DNA from: Mustelus asterias
Lineage: Eukaryota
Reading direction: 5' to 3'
Assembly (NCBI RefSeq): GCF_964213995.1
Contig: NC_135808.1
Span: forward strand, 12,524,001-12,588,000
Length of the DNA stretch: 64,000 nucleotides
The notes under the pieces were generated by a model, which did no database searches, had not been told where the DNA came from, and saw nothing but the letters and a program-made list of their open reading frames with translations. This document shows positions 49,706 through 62,179 of this stretch, piece after piece. Every line of letters begins with the position of its first letter. Positions within the stretch are counted from its first letter, which is position 1. The position numbers were made by a program, and so were the translations under genes.

Positions 49706-50449
49706 TTGAAAAGCTAAGAAGTTATATTAAACTAGTATCAAACCTTGATTACCCGACATATAGAATACTGTTCACTCCTACATTCATAAAAATGATAGAG
49801 GCACTCGTGAAAGTGCGTAAAACATTCACAAGAATTAAATCAGAATTTGAAAGTTATATCGATCAGAAAGAACTGTGACTATTTGATCGGGTAAATGATA
49901 AGATGTTTACACTTGCGGCGAGGCCAAAATGAGTGAGATATATTATATATTATAAATGAGATAATTGTGAAAGTTTCAGAATTACTTCATTAATTAAATT
50001 AAGTTGCTCAGCTGAAATGTGAGCCCTCAGGATGGATTTCCATCCCAGAACCTGTAGGGAGAATTGGAAACTTTTCCAGTTGGGCACACCCACACCAGGA
50101 GAAAGTGACTGCGAATGTGGGATTTTCATTCTGGAGGACATCTGATAACTGATGTTGGATCTACTGTTCCCCCTCCCCCCAAAAATACTGTTCAGAGCCA
50201 ATCACAGGGGTTGCCGGGACCTCAAAGCTCTGGAACTTCACCAGCAAAACAAAAAAAACCCAGCCCCCCCCCCCAGCCCTCACCCATCACACATTCCCCA
50301 TGCCCCATCCATGCCAACTCAGACCACCTCAACCTCCAGCCCACAAACCTTCTATGAAAACCACTACTGCTCACCCACCCATCTCCAATGGCCCGTCATA
50401 ATCTATGCCAATCTATGGCACATATATTCCAATCACCCAGTAAATACTC

Positions 50450-50765
50450 TGTTAAAACTGTACAGGACCTTGGTGAGACCACATTTGGAATATTGTGTGC
50501 AGTTCTGGTCACCTCACTATGAGAAGGATGTGGAAGCGCTGGAAAGAGTGCAAAGGAGATTTACCAGGATGCTGCCTGGTTTGGAGGGTAGGTCTTATGA
50601 GGAAAGGTTGAGGGAGCTAGTGCTGTTCTGTCTGGAGTGGAGGAGGCTGAGGGGAGACTTAATAGAGGTTTATAAAATGATGAAGGGGATAGATAGAGTG
50701 AACGTTCAAAGACTATTTCCTCGGGTGGATGGAGCTATTACAAGGGGGCATAACTATAGGGTTCA
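50450..50765 (+). mobile_element. CR1 fragment, inverted near-identical copy of part of 51155-51925
   Basis: LYRTLVRPHLEY...GAITRGHNYRV appears in both. Confidence 0.88.
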
Positions 50766-51154
50766 ATGAACTGTATCGTAACAACAGCGTGCGAGGAAAA
50801 ACTAATCATTGAAGCCTAATTATGTATTCTTAACTAAGAGTCCATACAGCTGCACTCAAAGGAAAACATTGCCTAATTGACAGCTCTTACTCTGTGATCT
50901 ATTCTGTCAATTGCACAATGTTGATCTTCACGACGTAGGTGGTGTCAAGTGCTTGCCATTTCTGCTATTGAAATTTTAAAGGTATGGATGATTGATACTT
51001 TTATAGAGCTGTAGTAAAAAGAGTATTTTTACGAAAGTAGAAGGTTATGAATCAATGAGTAGTTATTTTTAAATAGTCCATACACACTATTGTGACTGTT
51101 GAATTCATCGGTTACAGAGTACGTACTGGGTAAATGGGCATTGAAGTGTCATAT

Positions 51155-51925
51155 ACATAGAACATAGAACAGTACCGCACAGAACAGGCCCTTCGGCCCA
51201 CGATGTTGTGCCGAGCTTTATCTGAAACCAAGATCAAGCTATCCCACTCCCTATCATCCTGGTGTGCTCCATGTGCCTATTCAATAACCGCTTAAATGGT
51301 CCTAAAGTGTCTGACTCCACTATCACTGCAGGCAGTCCATTCCACACCCCAACCACTCTCTGCGTAAAGAACCTACCTCTGATATCCTTCCTATATTTCC
51401 CACCACGAACCCTATAGTTATGCCCCCTTGTAATAGCTCCATCCACCCGAGGAAATAGTCTTTGAACCTTCACTCTATCTATCCCCTTCATCATTTTATA
51501 AACCTCTATTAAGTCTCCCCTCAGCCTCCTCCGCTCCAGAGAGAACAGCCCTAGCTCCCTCAACCTTTCCTCATAAGACCTACCCTCCAAACCAGGCAGC
51601 ATCCTGGTAAATATCCTCTGCACTCTTTCCAGTGCTTCCACATCCTTCTTATAGTGAGGTGACCAGAACTGCACACAATATTCCAAATGTGGTCTCACCA
51701 AGGTCCTGTACAGTTGCAGCATAACCCCATGGCTCTTAAACTCCAACCCCCTGTTAATAAAAGCTAACACACTATAGGCCTTCTTCACAGCTCTATCCAC
51801 TTGAGTGGCAACCTTTAGAGATCTGTGGATATGGACCCCAAGATCTCTCTGTTCCTCCACAGTCTTCAGAACCCTACTTTGACCCTGTAATCCACATTTG
51901 AATTAGTCCTACCAAAATGAATCTG
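51155..51925 (-). mobile_element. Young CR1 LINE 3' end
   Basis: 208-aa uninterrupted ORF2 C-terminus and (TTCTATG)n tail. Confidence 0.92.
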
Positions 51926-52885
51926 CCGTCCTTACCCGGTCTGGCCTACATGTGACTCCAGAGCCACAGCAATGTGGTTGATTCTCAACTGCCCTCTGAA
52001 ATTATGTTGGCATGGAGAGTATGTGGGGCGAGGGATGTATGGTCTTTGGTGGAGGGCCATCAAGGACACATGGGCAAGACCTTTCAAAGATTCTGCATCC
52101 AGACTATGGTTTGTAACACCAGTGAGAGGCCACGACCCACGATTCCTTGAAATGCTGTTCCAACTCCATGAAAATTGCACAGATGTCTGTCCTGACTTTG
52201 GAGGTTTGGTGTTGTGCAGAGGTGGCACACAGCTCACAAACTTAACCTGCATTGGTGAAAATTGGGGCAGCCTGGAAATGGGGCCAGGATCCCGGAATCA
52301 GGTCCTGCCCATTATTTTTTCAACGAAGGACTGCAAAAAGAATCCAGTCCCATTTCTCTAGCCTGTCATCTGGATTCCTCAGCAGTAATAACCTCTTCTT
52401 AAGGGTTGGCAGTGAATGGGGCCTTACCCTTACCACCTGCTTCCCCAGATCACAGGAAGGAAAGTCAAATGGAGCTTAAAAAAGCAGAGTGATCCTTCAC
52501 CCAGTGGAGATTCCTGGATGCATGACTTTCCAGAAAAAAAAAAGTCAGGAACAATAGATTTGTTACAGCTACTGATTCTCTGTGGGATCGGCACAAGCTG
52601 GATTTTTAAGAACTTTATTAGTGGGACATGGGCGTTACTGGCTGGCCAGCATTTATTGCCCATCACTAATTGCCTTTGGAGGGCAGTTGAGAGTCAACCA
52701 CATTGCTGTGGCTCTGGAGTCACATGTAGGCCAGACAGGGTAAGGAAGGCAAATTTCCTTCTCTAAAGGACTTTAGTGAATGAGATGGGATTTTCTGACA
52801 CTTGTTTCATGGTCATCAGTAGATTCTTACTTTTTTAAATTAAATTTAAATTCCACCATCTGCCGTGGCGGGATTTGAACCCTGG

Positions 52886-53527
52886 CAAATGTAATGTTGT
52901 CATTTATCTCAAGAGGCTTGGAATACAAAAGCAGGGATGTACTTCTGAGGCTTTATAAAGCACTGGTTAGGCCCCATTTGGAGTACTGTGAGCAATTTTG
53001 GGCCCCACACCTCAGGAAGGACATACTGGCACTGGAGCGGGTCCAGCGGAGATTCACACGGATGATCCCAGGAATGGTAGGCCTGACATACGATGAACGT
53101 CTGAGGATCGTGGGATTATATTCATTGGAGTTTAGGAGGTTGAGGGGAGATCTGATAGAAACTTACAAGATAATGAACGGCTTAGATAGGATGGACGTAG
53201 GGAAGTTGTTTCCATTAACAGGGGAGACTAGGACGCGGGGGCACAGCCTTAGAATAAAAGGGAGTCACTTTAGAACAGAGATGAGGAGAAATTTCTTCAG
53301 CCAGAGAGTGGTGGGTCTGTGGAATTCATTGCCACAGAGGGCTGTGGAGGCCGAGACGTTGAGCGTCTTCAAGACAGAAATTGATAAATTCTTGATTTCT
53401 CGAGGAATTAAGGGCTATGGGGAGAGAGCGGGTAAATGGAGTTGAAATCAACCATGATTGAATGGTGGAGTGGACTCAATGGGCCGAATGGCCTTACTTC
53501 CGCTCCTATGTCTTATGGTCTTATGGT
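52886..53527 (+). mobile_element. Young CR1 LINE 3' end inserted into an antisense SINE
   Basis: 183-aa uninterrupted ORF2 C-terminus and (TTATGGTC)n tail. Confidence 0.92.
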
Positions 53528-53864
53528 CCTCAGAACATTAGCTGAGCTTCTGGATTAATAGTCTAGCGACTGGGCCATTGGCTCTCCCAGCTCTTTCCTA
53601 GCAATTTGAATATCTCTGTAGAGAGATTACAAAAGCAGCAGACAGTATTTAATGAGGGATCCACCAGCAAAAAGCATAAGACCAGCCTGGCAGAGTGTAC
53701 AGGAATATTAACATCGCTGCGGAATATCAGAAACAGTGCGACCCTGCTCAGGGGGAACATGGATCAGAGGGGTTTGATGTGGCCAGGTCGGTCAAAAGCA
53801 CACTTGTTGTGCAGGATTGCTGGTACCAGGAGACAGGGAATGAACTGATGTTATTAATGGTATG

Positions 53865-54155
53865 GTGGCACAGTGGTTGGCACTGCTGCCTCAGTGTCAA
53901 GAACCCGAGTTCAATTCCGGCCTCGAGTCACTGTCCGTCTATGTGGAGTTTGCATGTTCTCCCTGCCTCTGCATGGGTTTCCTCCGGGTGCTCTGGATTC
54001 CCCCCAGATGTGCTGGTTAGGTGCATTGGACATGCTAATTCCTCCCTTAGTGTACCCAAATAGGCGCTGAAGTGTGGCGACTAGGGGAATTTCACAGTAA
54101 CTTCACTGCAGTGTTAATGTAAGCCTTACTTATGACTGATAAATAAGCTTTACTT
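53865..54155 (+). mobile_element. V-SINE, tail B
   Basis: Head, core and tail B. Confidence 0.8.
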
Positions 54156-54245
54156 TTAACATGTTAAATTGGAATTTAATGTGTCAGAATTTCTGCATTG
54201 TAGGAATACCAACTGGGAGCAAAGAAACAGAAGCTCAAACAGTAC

Positions 54246-54347
54246 CTTCAACTGGAATCCAACACAGCATCGCACCAGCAAAAAGGAGAAATGACAGCAT
54301 TGGCAAATACTGCCAGGCTTGGAGCACATATTGGAGAGAGAGAAAAC
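54246..54347 (-). CDS. Gene A exon: transmembrane helix 2
   Basis: Acceptor ctcatcattgcag| and donor AAG|gtactg; 102 nt, phase 1-1. (C)FLSLQYVLQAWQYLPMLSFLLFAGAMLCWIPVE. Confidence 0.8.
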
Positions 54348-54459
54348 CTGCAATGATGAGCAAATTCACATCAATATTACTTGAACAAATAATATTCACA
54401 TATCTGAAACAATTGCCCCACATTCAGAAACTGATTTTGGTTTCTAAATTTGAATTATT

Positions 54460-54743
54460 AATGTCACAAGTAGGCTTACATTAACACTGCAATGAAGTTA
54501 ACTGTGAAAATCCCCGAGTCGCCACACTCCAGTGCCTGTTCGGGTACACTGAGGGAGAATTTAGCACAGCCAATGCATCTAACCAGCACGTCTTTCGGAC
54601 TGTGGGAGGAAACCAGAGCACCCGGAGGAAACCCACGCAGACACGGGGAAGATGTGCAGACTCTGCACAGGCAGTGACCCAAGCCGGGAATCAAACCTGG
54701 GTTCCTTGGAGCTGTGAGGCAGCAGTGCTAACCACTGTGCCAC
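54460..54743 (-). mobile_element. V-SINE, tail B, between the TM1 and TM2 exons
   Basis: Reverse head, core and tail B. Confidence 0.85.
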
Positions 54744-54851
54744 CTAAAATGATACCAATATGGCTTTTAAAATTTCATACAGTCTCTATTATTAAATGTG
54801 ACATTTTTGAAACTTTCAACACCAACGGAAGAAATAACAGATTTCTCTTAC

Positions 54852-54965
54852 ATTTAGTTTTCGACACGAGCAGGAATGAAATGATTGTACAGCTTAAGAC
54901 AGGGCCAGCAGTAGTCAATGTGGCAACAAACAATCCTATTGTGCAATAATGCAGCGGTGAAAGAC
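54852..54965 (-). CDS. Gene A exon: transmembrane helix 1
   Basis: Acceptor ctatttcag| and donor T|gtaaga; 114 nt, phase 1-1. (S)LSPLHYCTIGLFVATLTTAGPVLSCTIISFLLVSKTK. Confidence 0.82.
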
Positions 54966-56969
54966 CTGAAATAGATTTGAAACTTCAATATTTTGATAGC
55001 AGTTTACAAGTTACAAGCAAGATTTTCTTCCCCTTGGGATATGATTATTAAGCATTCTGACTGTTGAAAATAGAACACTCTCCACCAGGGACCCAGTTGC
55101 GACCTTCAAGCATTCTCACACCTATTCAAGGTGACATACCATACGCTCATAGAATCCCTACAATGGCAGAAGAGGCCATTCGGCCCATTGAGTCTGCACC
55201 GACTCTCTGACAGAGTATCTTACCCAGACCCTCTCACCTACCCTACCCCCAAAACCCCACACATTTACAATGGCTAATCCATCTAACCTGCACTTCTTGG
55301 GACACTAATGGACAATTTAGCATGGCCAATCTACCTAACCTACATATCTTTGGATTGTGGGAGGAAACTGGAACACCCGGAGAAAACCCACACGGATATG
55401 GGGAGAATGTGCAAACTCAACACAGACAGTCACCCGAGGTTGGAATTGAATCCGGGTTCCTAGCGCTGTGAGGCAGCAGTGCTAACCACTGTGCTTCCTT
55501 TAGATGCATTGCAAAATATTCTCCATTCTGCCCCAAAAATAGGGTGTTCCAGTTTTCTTCCACAGTCCAAAGATGTACAGGTTAAGTGGATTGGCCATGC
55601 TAAATTGCCCCTTAGTGCCCAACAATGGGTTGGTTAGGTGGATTGGCCATGCTAAATTGCTCCTTGGTCATGTAGGTGAGGGGACGGGGATTAGTGGGGT
55701 AAATACGTGGGATTATGGGGATAGGGTCTGGGTGGGATGCTTCGTTGGAGGGTTGGTGCAGACTCAATGGGCTGAATGACCTCCTTCTGCACTGCAGGGA
55801 TTCTATGATTCTCAGAATATACTTTGGCTCCACGATCAGGAGTTTACCAGTGCTTCATTTTCCACATTGAGCAAATTGCCTGCAATCTGAAGGAAACAAC
55901 ATACTTAAAAGTGAAACTTTACACTTTGGCACTCAGTAAATGCCGGCAATGTATATTACTTGTTTGTTCTGTAAATTCAGTCGTTTTTTCCCCTTTGGGG
56001 AATTGTACAGGAAGCATGAGAATAATTTTCAGGGCGGTTCTCAAACCTGTTGCACCATGTCTGTGGCCATCAAGTTCTGGGACTTGGACCCAGAGCGTTC
56101 AAACGTGCTGCCGACTGAGACACAATGCTGAGAGCTTGCTTCCCCTTGTGGGAGAGTCTAGGACCAGAGGGAATAATCTCAGAGGAAGGGGTTGCCCTAA
56201 GACAGAGATGGGGAGGAATTTATTTTCTCAGAAGGTAGTGAATCTGTGAAATTCAGAAACTATATTGTTAACTATGTTCAAGGCTGAGATAGACAGATTT
56301 TTAATCAGTAAGGGAATTGAGGGTTATGGGGATGAGGCGGGATAGTGAAGTTGAGGATTATCACATCAGGTCAGTCATGATCTCATTGAATGGTGCAGCA
56401 GACCCGATGGGCTAAATGGCTTTCTTCTGCACTTGTACCTTATGGCCCGAGTGTACATTGGGAAACTGTGCACTAGCAGTTTGTGATTTTCCATCCCAGT
56501 CCTTCCTCCTGTTCTGAAAATATTACAGAGTCATAGAATCCCTACAACGCAGAAGGAGGGCATTCGGCCCATCGAGCCTACACCAGTAACAATCCCACCC
56601 AGGCCCTATTCCTGTAACCGCATGTATTTACCCTGCTAACCCCTTTGACACTAAAGGGCAATTTACCATGGCCAATTCACCTCATCTGCACATCTTTGGA
56701 GTGTGGGAGGAAACCAGAGCACCTGGAGGAAACCCACGCAGACACGGGGAGAGTGTGCAAACTCCACATAGACAGTCACCCAAACCGGGAATCGAGCCCG
56801 GGTCCCTGGTGCTGAGAGGCAGCAGTGCTAATCATTGTGCCACAGTGCTGCTTAATATACAATATTATTCCCAAATTGAGCCCTTCAGTGAACCTGGATA
56901 TAAGGCAAGTTAGTGGAACATTGTTTCACCAAAATTATTAAAGCAATTGACTCCCCTGGCTTGACTCAC

Positions 56970-57224
56970 TGTAAAATGCGAGAATATGTGAACTGCTGCC
57001 CGTGCTAACACGATTTTCCATTGTACAAACGTAGATGTCACAGTTGGCTTCAGAGATAATCAGTGTGCTGTTGCTTTGCACTAATCGATAATGTTGACCA
57101 TTTGTTATCACTTTGTCATCTTTCCTCCACAGAATAGAACTCGCTTCCCCAACAGACACCAGGCAGGTTAACTTGGTTGTGCCGTTCACGTTAGTTTCAT
57201 TGATGAAAGGTTCCGACAGTGGTT
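56970..57224 (-). CDS. Gene A exon: IgC2/I-set domain
   Basis: Acceptor ctccctcccacag| and donor A|gtgagt; 255 nt, phase 1-1. Translates PLSEPFINETNVNGTTKLTC...ILWRKD...NSTLIISEANCDIYVCTMENRVS...ILAFY, with a C-W-YxC core and one extra Cys. Confidence 0.92.
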
Positions 57225-57327
57225 CTGTGGGAGGGAGTTAGATAAACAGATTGGAGCATGAGACTTTATCTCAAAAGTGGTTAACCAATAACAGCTCGCT
57301 CATTCACTGCTACATAACTGTTCAGAA

Positions 57328-57835
57328 TAGAACAAAGTACAATACACCACAGGAACAAGCTCTTCGGCCCACCAAGCCTGCGCCGATATGCAGTTTCTAT
57401 CTCTCTAATCGCCTCCCGTTCTATCAGGGTCTATCAGGACCTTGAACATTGCTAATGTGGCTGCTTACACCACCTCCACTGGCAATGCGTTCCAGGCACC
57501 CACCACCCTCTGTGTGAAAAATTTTCCCCACTCGTCTCCCCTAAACTTACCACCTCTCACCTTAAACCTGTACCCTCTTGTAGTCAACCCTTCCACCCTG
57601 GGAAAAAGCCTCTGACTAGCCCCACTATCTACGAGTCTCATAATTTTGTAGACCTCTATTAGTTTGCCCCTCAGCCTCTGTCTTTCCAGTGAAAACAATC
57701 TGACTTTATCCAACCTCTCCTCATACCTAAAACTGTCCCGACCAGGCAACATCCTGGTGAACCTTCATTGCACCCTCCCAAAGCATCCACGTCCTTCTGG
57801 TAGTGTGGTGACCAGAACTGTACGCAATACTCCAA
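57328..57835 (-). mobile_element. CR1 LINE 3' fragment
   Basis: YEERLDKVRLFSLE...FFTQRVVGAWNALP. Confidence 0.85.
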
Positions 57836-59854
57836 TAACTTAAAGCCAAGTTTTCTGATGCCATAATCCTATTGGAAAGATGGTCAACCTCCAATATCAC
57901 CCAACTCAGGAACCGCTTTAGCCCAGCTGATGTTGAAGTCCTCACCCCTAAACTCCACTATTCCAATGCTGTATAGGCAACCTCCATCCACCAGTTCTTT
58001 TAACCTCTGCTGTTGCTCTCCTATCCGATATCACGTTCCACTCACCCGTCACTCCAACCCTTACTGACTTGCATCGGGTCCTGTCCCTCAATGTCTTAAA
58101 TTTAAAATTCTCATTAAATCCCACCACATCCTAACTCTCTCTAATCCCCTCTAATGCGTCAAAGGCACCCCCCAAACCCCCACCCACCAAAATCTCCTGT
58201 CTACCCAATCTGGTCTTTTACACATTCCAGCACTTTCAGCTTCCTTTGCAAATTTCCCCTCCCCCTGCTGCTCCTTCCTCCCATTGAAAAATAAATACAT
58301 ATTCACGTGTCCACACAGCCAGGAAGGAAACTGTTCACTCTTGGCTGGCTAGAAAAGAGCTGGAGGAGGCCACAGCCTAGTGGTATTATCGCTGGACTAT
58401 TAATCCAGAAACTCAGCTAACGTTTTGAGGACCCGGGTTCAAATCCTGCCACGGCAGATGGTGAATTCAATAAAAAAGCATATCTGGAATTAAGAATCTA
58501 CTGATGACCATGAAACCATTGTCGATTGTCGGAAAAAGCCATCTGGAACGCTAATGTCCTTCAGGGAAGGAAATCTGCCGTCCTTACCCGGTCTGGCCTA
58601 CATGTGACTCCAGAGACAAAGCAATGTGGTTGACTCTCAATTGTCCTCTGAACAAGGGCAACGAGAGATGGGCAATAAATGCTGCGACGCCTAGTCCCAC
58701 AAGGGTGGCACAGTGGCTAGCACTGGTTGGCACAGTGGCACAGTGGTTAGCACTGCTGCCTCACAGAGCCAGGGACCCGGTTCAATTCCGGCCTTGGGTC
58801 ACTGTATGCGTGGAGTTTGCACGTTCTCCCCGTGTCTAGGTGGGTTTCTCCTGTGTGCTCCGGTTTCCTCCCACACTCCAAAGATATGCGGGTTAGCTTG
58901 ATCAGCCATGCTAAATAGGATGTGTAAGTTAGAGGGATTAGTGGGGTAAATGTGTGGGGTTGTGGGAATAGGGCCTGGGGTGGGGTTGTTGTCAGTGTAG
59001 ACTCGATGGGCTGAAGGGCCTCCTTCTGCACTGTTGGGTTTCTATGATTTCTCCGAATAAAAAAAAAGTCTAATCTCACAATTCAAGATTGTGGTATGTA
59101 AGCATGGTTAAACAACCACAACATAAAAAGGAGGGATAGGCCACTCAGTTCCTTGAGCCTTCTCCACCTTTAGGTGGTTGATCAGATCACAATCTTAACT
59201 CTATATTCCTACCCCACCATTGTCGTTCAAAAATCTGTCCTCAATCATCCAGCTTCCACTGCTCTCTGGCTAGAATCAAGATCCAATTATTCCACAGAGC
59301 AATGTTTCTCTTTATAATAAATTCACCAACCATTTACTAGTGTTTTCAGAATGACCTGGTTTGGTATACAACCCCTGGATGGGGAGCAGCTGTTCCCCTT
59401 TAGTTGAAGGGTCAGTCATGAGGGGACATAGGATCAAGATGAGGGGCAGGAGGTTTAAGGGGGATGTGATGAAAAATATTTTTAATCCCAAGGGTGGTGA
59501 GGGTCTGGAATGCGCTGCCTGGGAGGGTGATAGAGGCGGGTTACCTCACATCCTTTAAAGAGTACCTGGATCAGCACTTGGCACATCGTAACATTCAAGG
59601 CGATGGGCCAAGTGCTGGCAGATGGGATTAGGTGGAAGTTCAGGTGTTTCTTGTGTGTCGGAGCAGACTCGATGGGCCGAAGGGGCGCTTCTGCCCTGTA
59701 TGATTCTGTTCCTGGTTATGTGTAAGAAACAGAATCCCTGCACAGCACAGTTTCATCTTTTCCTCAGTTAGCCTGATGCCAGTGACATGTTACTAAACCC
59801 CGCATCCCACCGCACCTCCTCATTCTGGGCAGAATTAAACAGCCTCAGTTGACT

Positions 59855-60146
59855 TTAAAGTTTATTTATTAGTGTCACAAGTAGGCTTACATTAACAGTG
59901 CATCGAAGTTACTGTGAAAATCCCCTAGTTGCCACACTCTGGCGCCTGTTCGGGTACACTGTGGGAGAATTTAGCATGGCCAATGCACCTAACCAGCACA
60001 TCTTTCGGACCATGAGAGGAAACCGGAGCACCCGGAGACCCACGCAGACACGGGGAGAATGTGTGCAAACTCCGCACAGACAGTGACTCAAGGCAGGCAT
60101 CAAACCGGGGTCCCTGGCGCTGCGTGGCAGCAGTGTTAACCACTGT
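59855..60146 (-). mobile_element. V-SINE, tail B
   Basis: Reverse head, core and tail B. Confidence 0.85.
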
Positions 60147-61344
60147 ACCCTGACAACCCTACTGCATTCTAATGAAATCTCTTGCCACAGCATAACTTTA
60201 CTTGAATCTTTCACTTCTGCAGTATACCCCCCATTCTCCACTGTAGTTAGTTCATTAGTAACATTTTTAAGATTTATTAAATCGAAGTCATACACTGGCA
60301 ATGAGACATAAAACATTCATAATCTCAATCCTGATAGTGTTCACCTCTCCCTTTCACAGACTTTCCCCCATCAAAAACTTCCAATAGACTGAAACTGAGG
60401 AACAGTAGCACCATTAAATCGATGGATAATGGATCACATTTCCTGAGGGATTCCAGCCAGGATGACAGATAGGGCAACAACAATGGGAAGTGAATGAACT
60501 CAAAACTTTAAGGTTTCAATTATTTTCTGAGCGGATCAATGATTCAGTTTAATCTGGGATGAAGTGAGCAATCAACCATCAATTCATCCAGAACATTGTC
60601 TTAAAATCAGAGCCTGTGAAACACACAGCTAACTGAAATCAGTGTTTTAGCCCCACACACAAGACAACTGAATTAAAACGTGTAAGACTCAGATCACAGA
60701 CGTTTCTGTTCGGTAAATGGATGTGGGGGGTAATGGATGTGAGAGATAAGTTTTTTTAAGTTTAGTTATTAGTGCCACAAGTAGACCTACACTAACACTG
60801 CAATGGGGTTACTGTGAAAATTCCCTAGTCGCCACACTCCATCGCCTGTTCGGGTACATTGAGGGAGAATTTATTTATTTATTCATTCATTCATGGGACG
60901 TGGGCGTCGCTGGCTGGTCAGTATTTACTGCCCATCCCTAGTTGCCCAAGCGCAGTTGAGAGTCAACCACATTGCTTGGTCTCTGGAGTCACATGTAGGC
61001 CAGACCAGGCAAGGACAGAAGATTTCCTTCCCTAAAGGACATTAGTGAACCAGATGGCTTTTCCCCGACAATCGACAATGGTTTCATGGTCATCATTAGA
61101 TTAATTCCAGATTTTTTTTTTATTGAATTCAAATTTCATCAACTGCCGTGGCGGGATTCGAACCCAGGTCCCCAGAACATTAACTGAGTTTCAGGATTAA
61201 TAATCTAGCGATAATACCACTCGCCATCGCCTCCTCTAAGGCATGGCATATTCATGTTCCTATTCTGAGCTGGTTCTTAAGCAGTGAATAGTAAATGCGC
61301 TGAAATGTGCATCACTTTCAAGGTGAACTGTTGAAAACACTTAC

Positions 61345-61650
61345 GAACAGGTTTCAAATCAGTACTCCATTTCCAGACTCCACCTACAATGATGGTATAA
61401 ACCCCTTGGTCACTGGCTTTTAAATTGTTCAACATCAGGGACCCATTGGAGGTATTAAAAAATAGACAAGATCTGAAGTGTTCATTTGGTTCCTCTCTCG
61501 GATAATTTGGCAGATAATCCAGAATAATTACAGGATTTCCATTGCTGCCGTTGAACATCCATATAACATCATTGATGCCAAGGTCAACTCCATACCCAGG
61601 ATCCAGTAAAACTGAAGAACCAACGACTCCAATTGCTTCCTTCCTTCCAA
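61345..61650 (-). CDS. Gene A exon: IgV domain, CD2/SLAM/CEACAM type (first coding exon visible in the window)
   Basis: Acceptor ttttgttttaatcag| and donor C|gtaagt; 306 nt, phase 1-1. Translates GRKEAIGVVGSSVLLDPGY...VIWMF...NGSLMLNNLKASDQGVYTIIV...DLKPV, with the V-set W and DxGxY motifs but no canonical B/F-strand cysteines. Confidence 0.92.
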
Positions 61651-62179
61651 CTGATTAAAACAAAAATAAAACAGCAAATATAATCTTTAAACTGCTGCAG
61701 TAAAACACTAACATTGGCACTAGAGGCAGCTCAGACGTGACAGGACAAATGGCCTCCTTCTGTGCTGTAACCGTTCTGCGATTGTGTGGGTTATATAAAT
61801 TAGTTTTTTGTGTTCAGGAAAGTAAGTGCAGGCCAAAGGGGTGATCTAATGGACGTCTTTACAATTAACGGAATTGTTTAAAGTGTAGGTTTAAGGTGCG
61901 CGGGGCAGGGTTTAAAGTCGATGTACGAGGCAAGTTTTTTTTTTACAGAGGGTGGTGGGTGCCTGGAACTCACTGCCGGAGGAGGTAGTGGAAGCAGATA
62001 CGATAGTGACTTTTAAGGGGCGCCTTGACAAATACATGAATAGGATGTGAATAGATGGATATGGTCCCCGGAAGGGTAGGGGGTTTTAGTTAAGTCGGGC
62101 AGCATGGTCGGTGCAGGCTTGGAGGGCCGAAGGGCCTGTTCCTGTGCTGCAATTTTCTTTGCTCTTTGTATCTATGAGT

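Noticed and set aside
32332-61650. Assigning the symbol CD47, SLAMF, CEACAM or HEPACAM to gene A or B
   Set aside because: Similarity is by eye and at motif level only; orthology needs profile searches, phylogeny and synteny.
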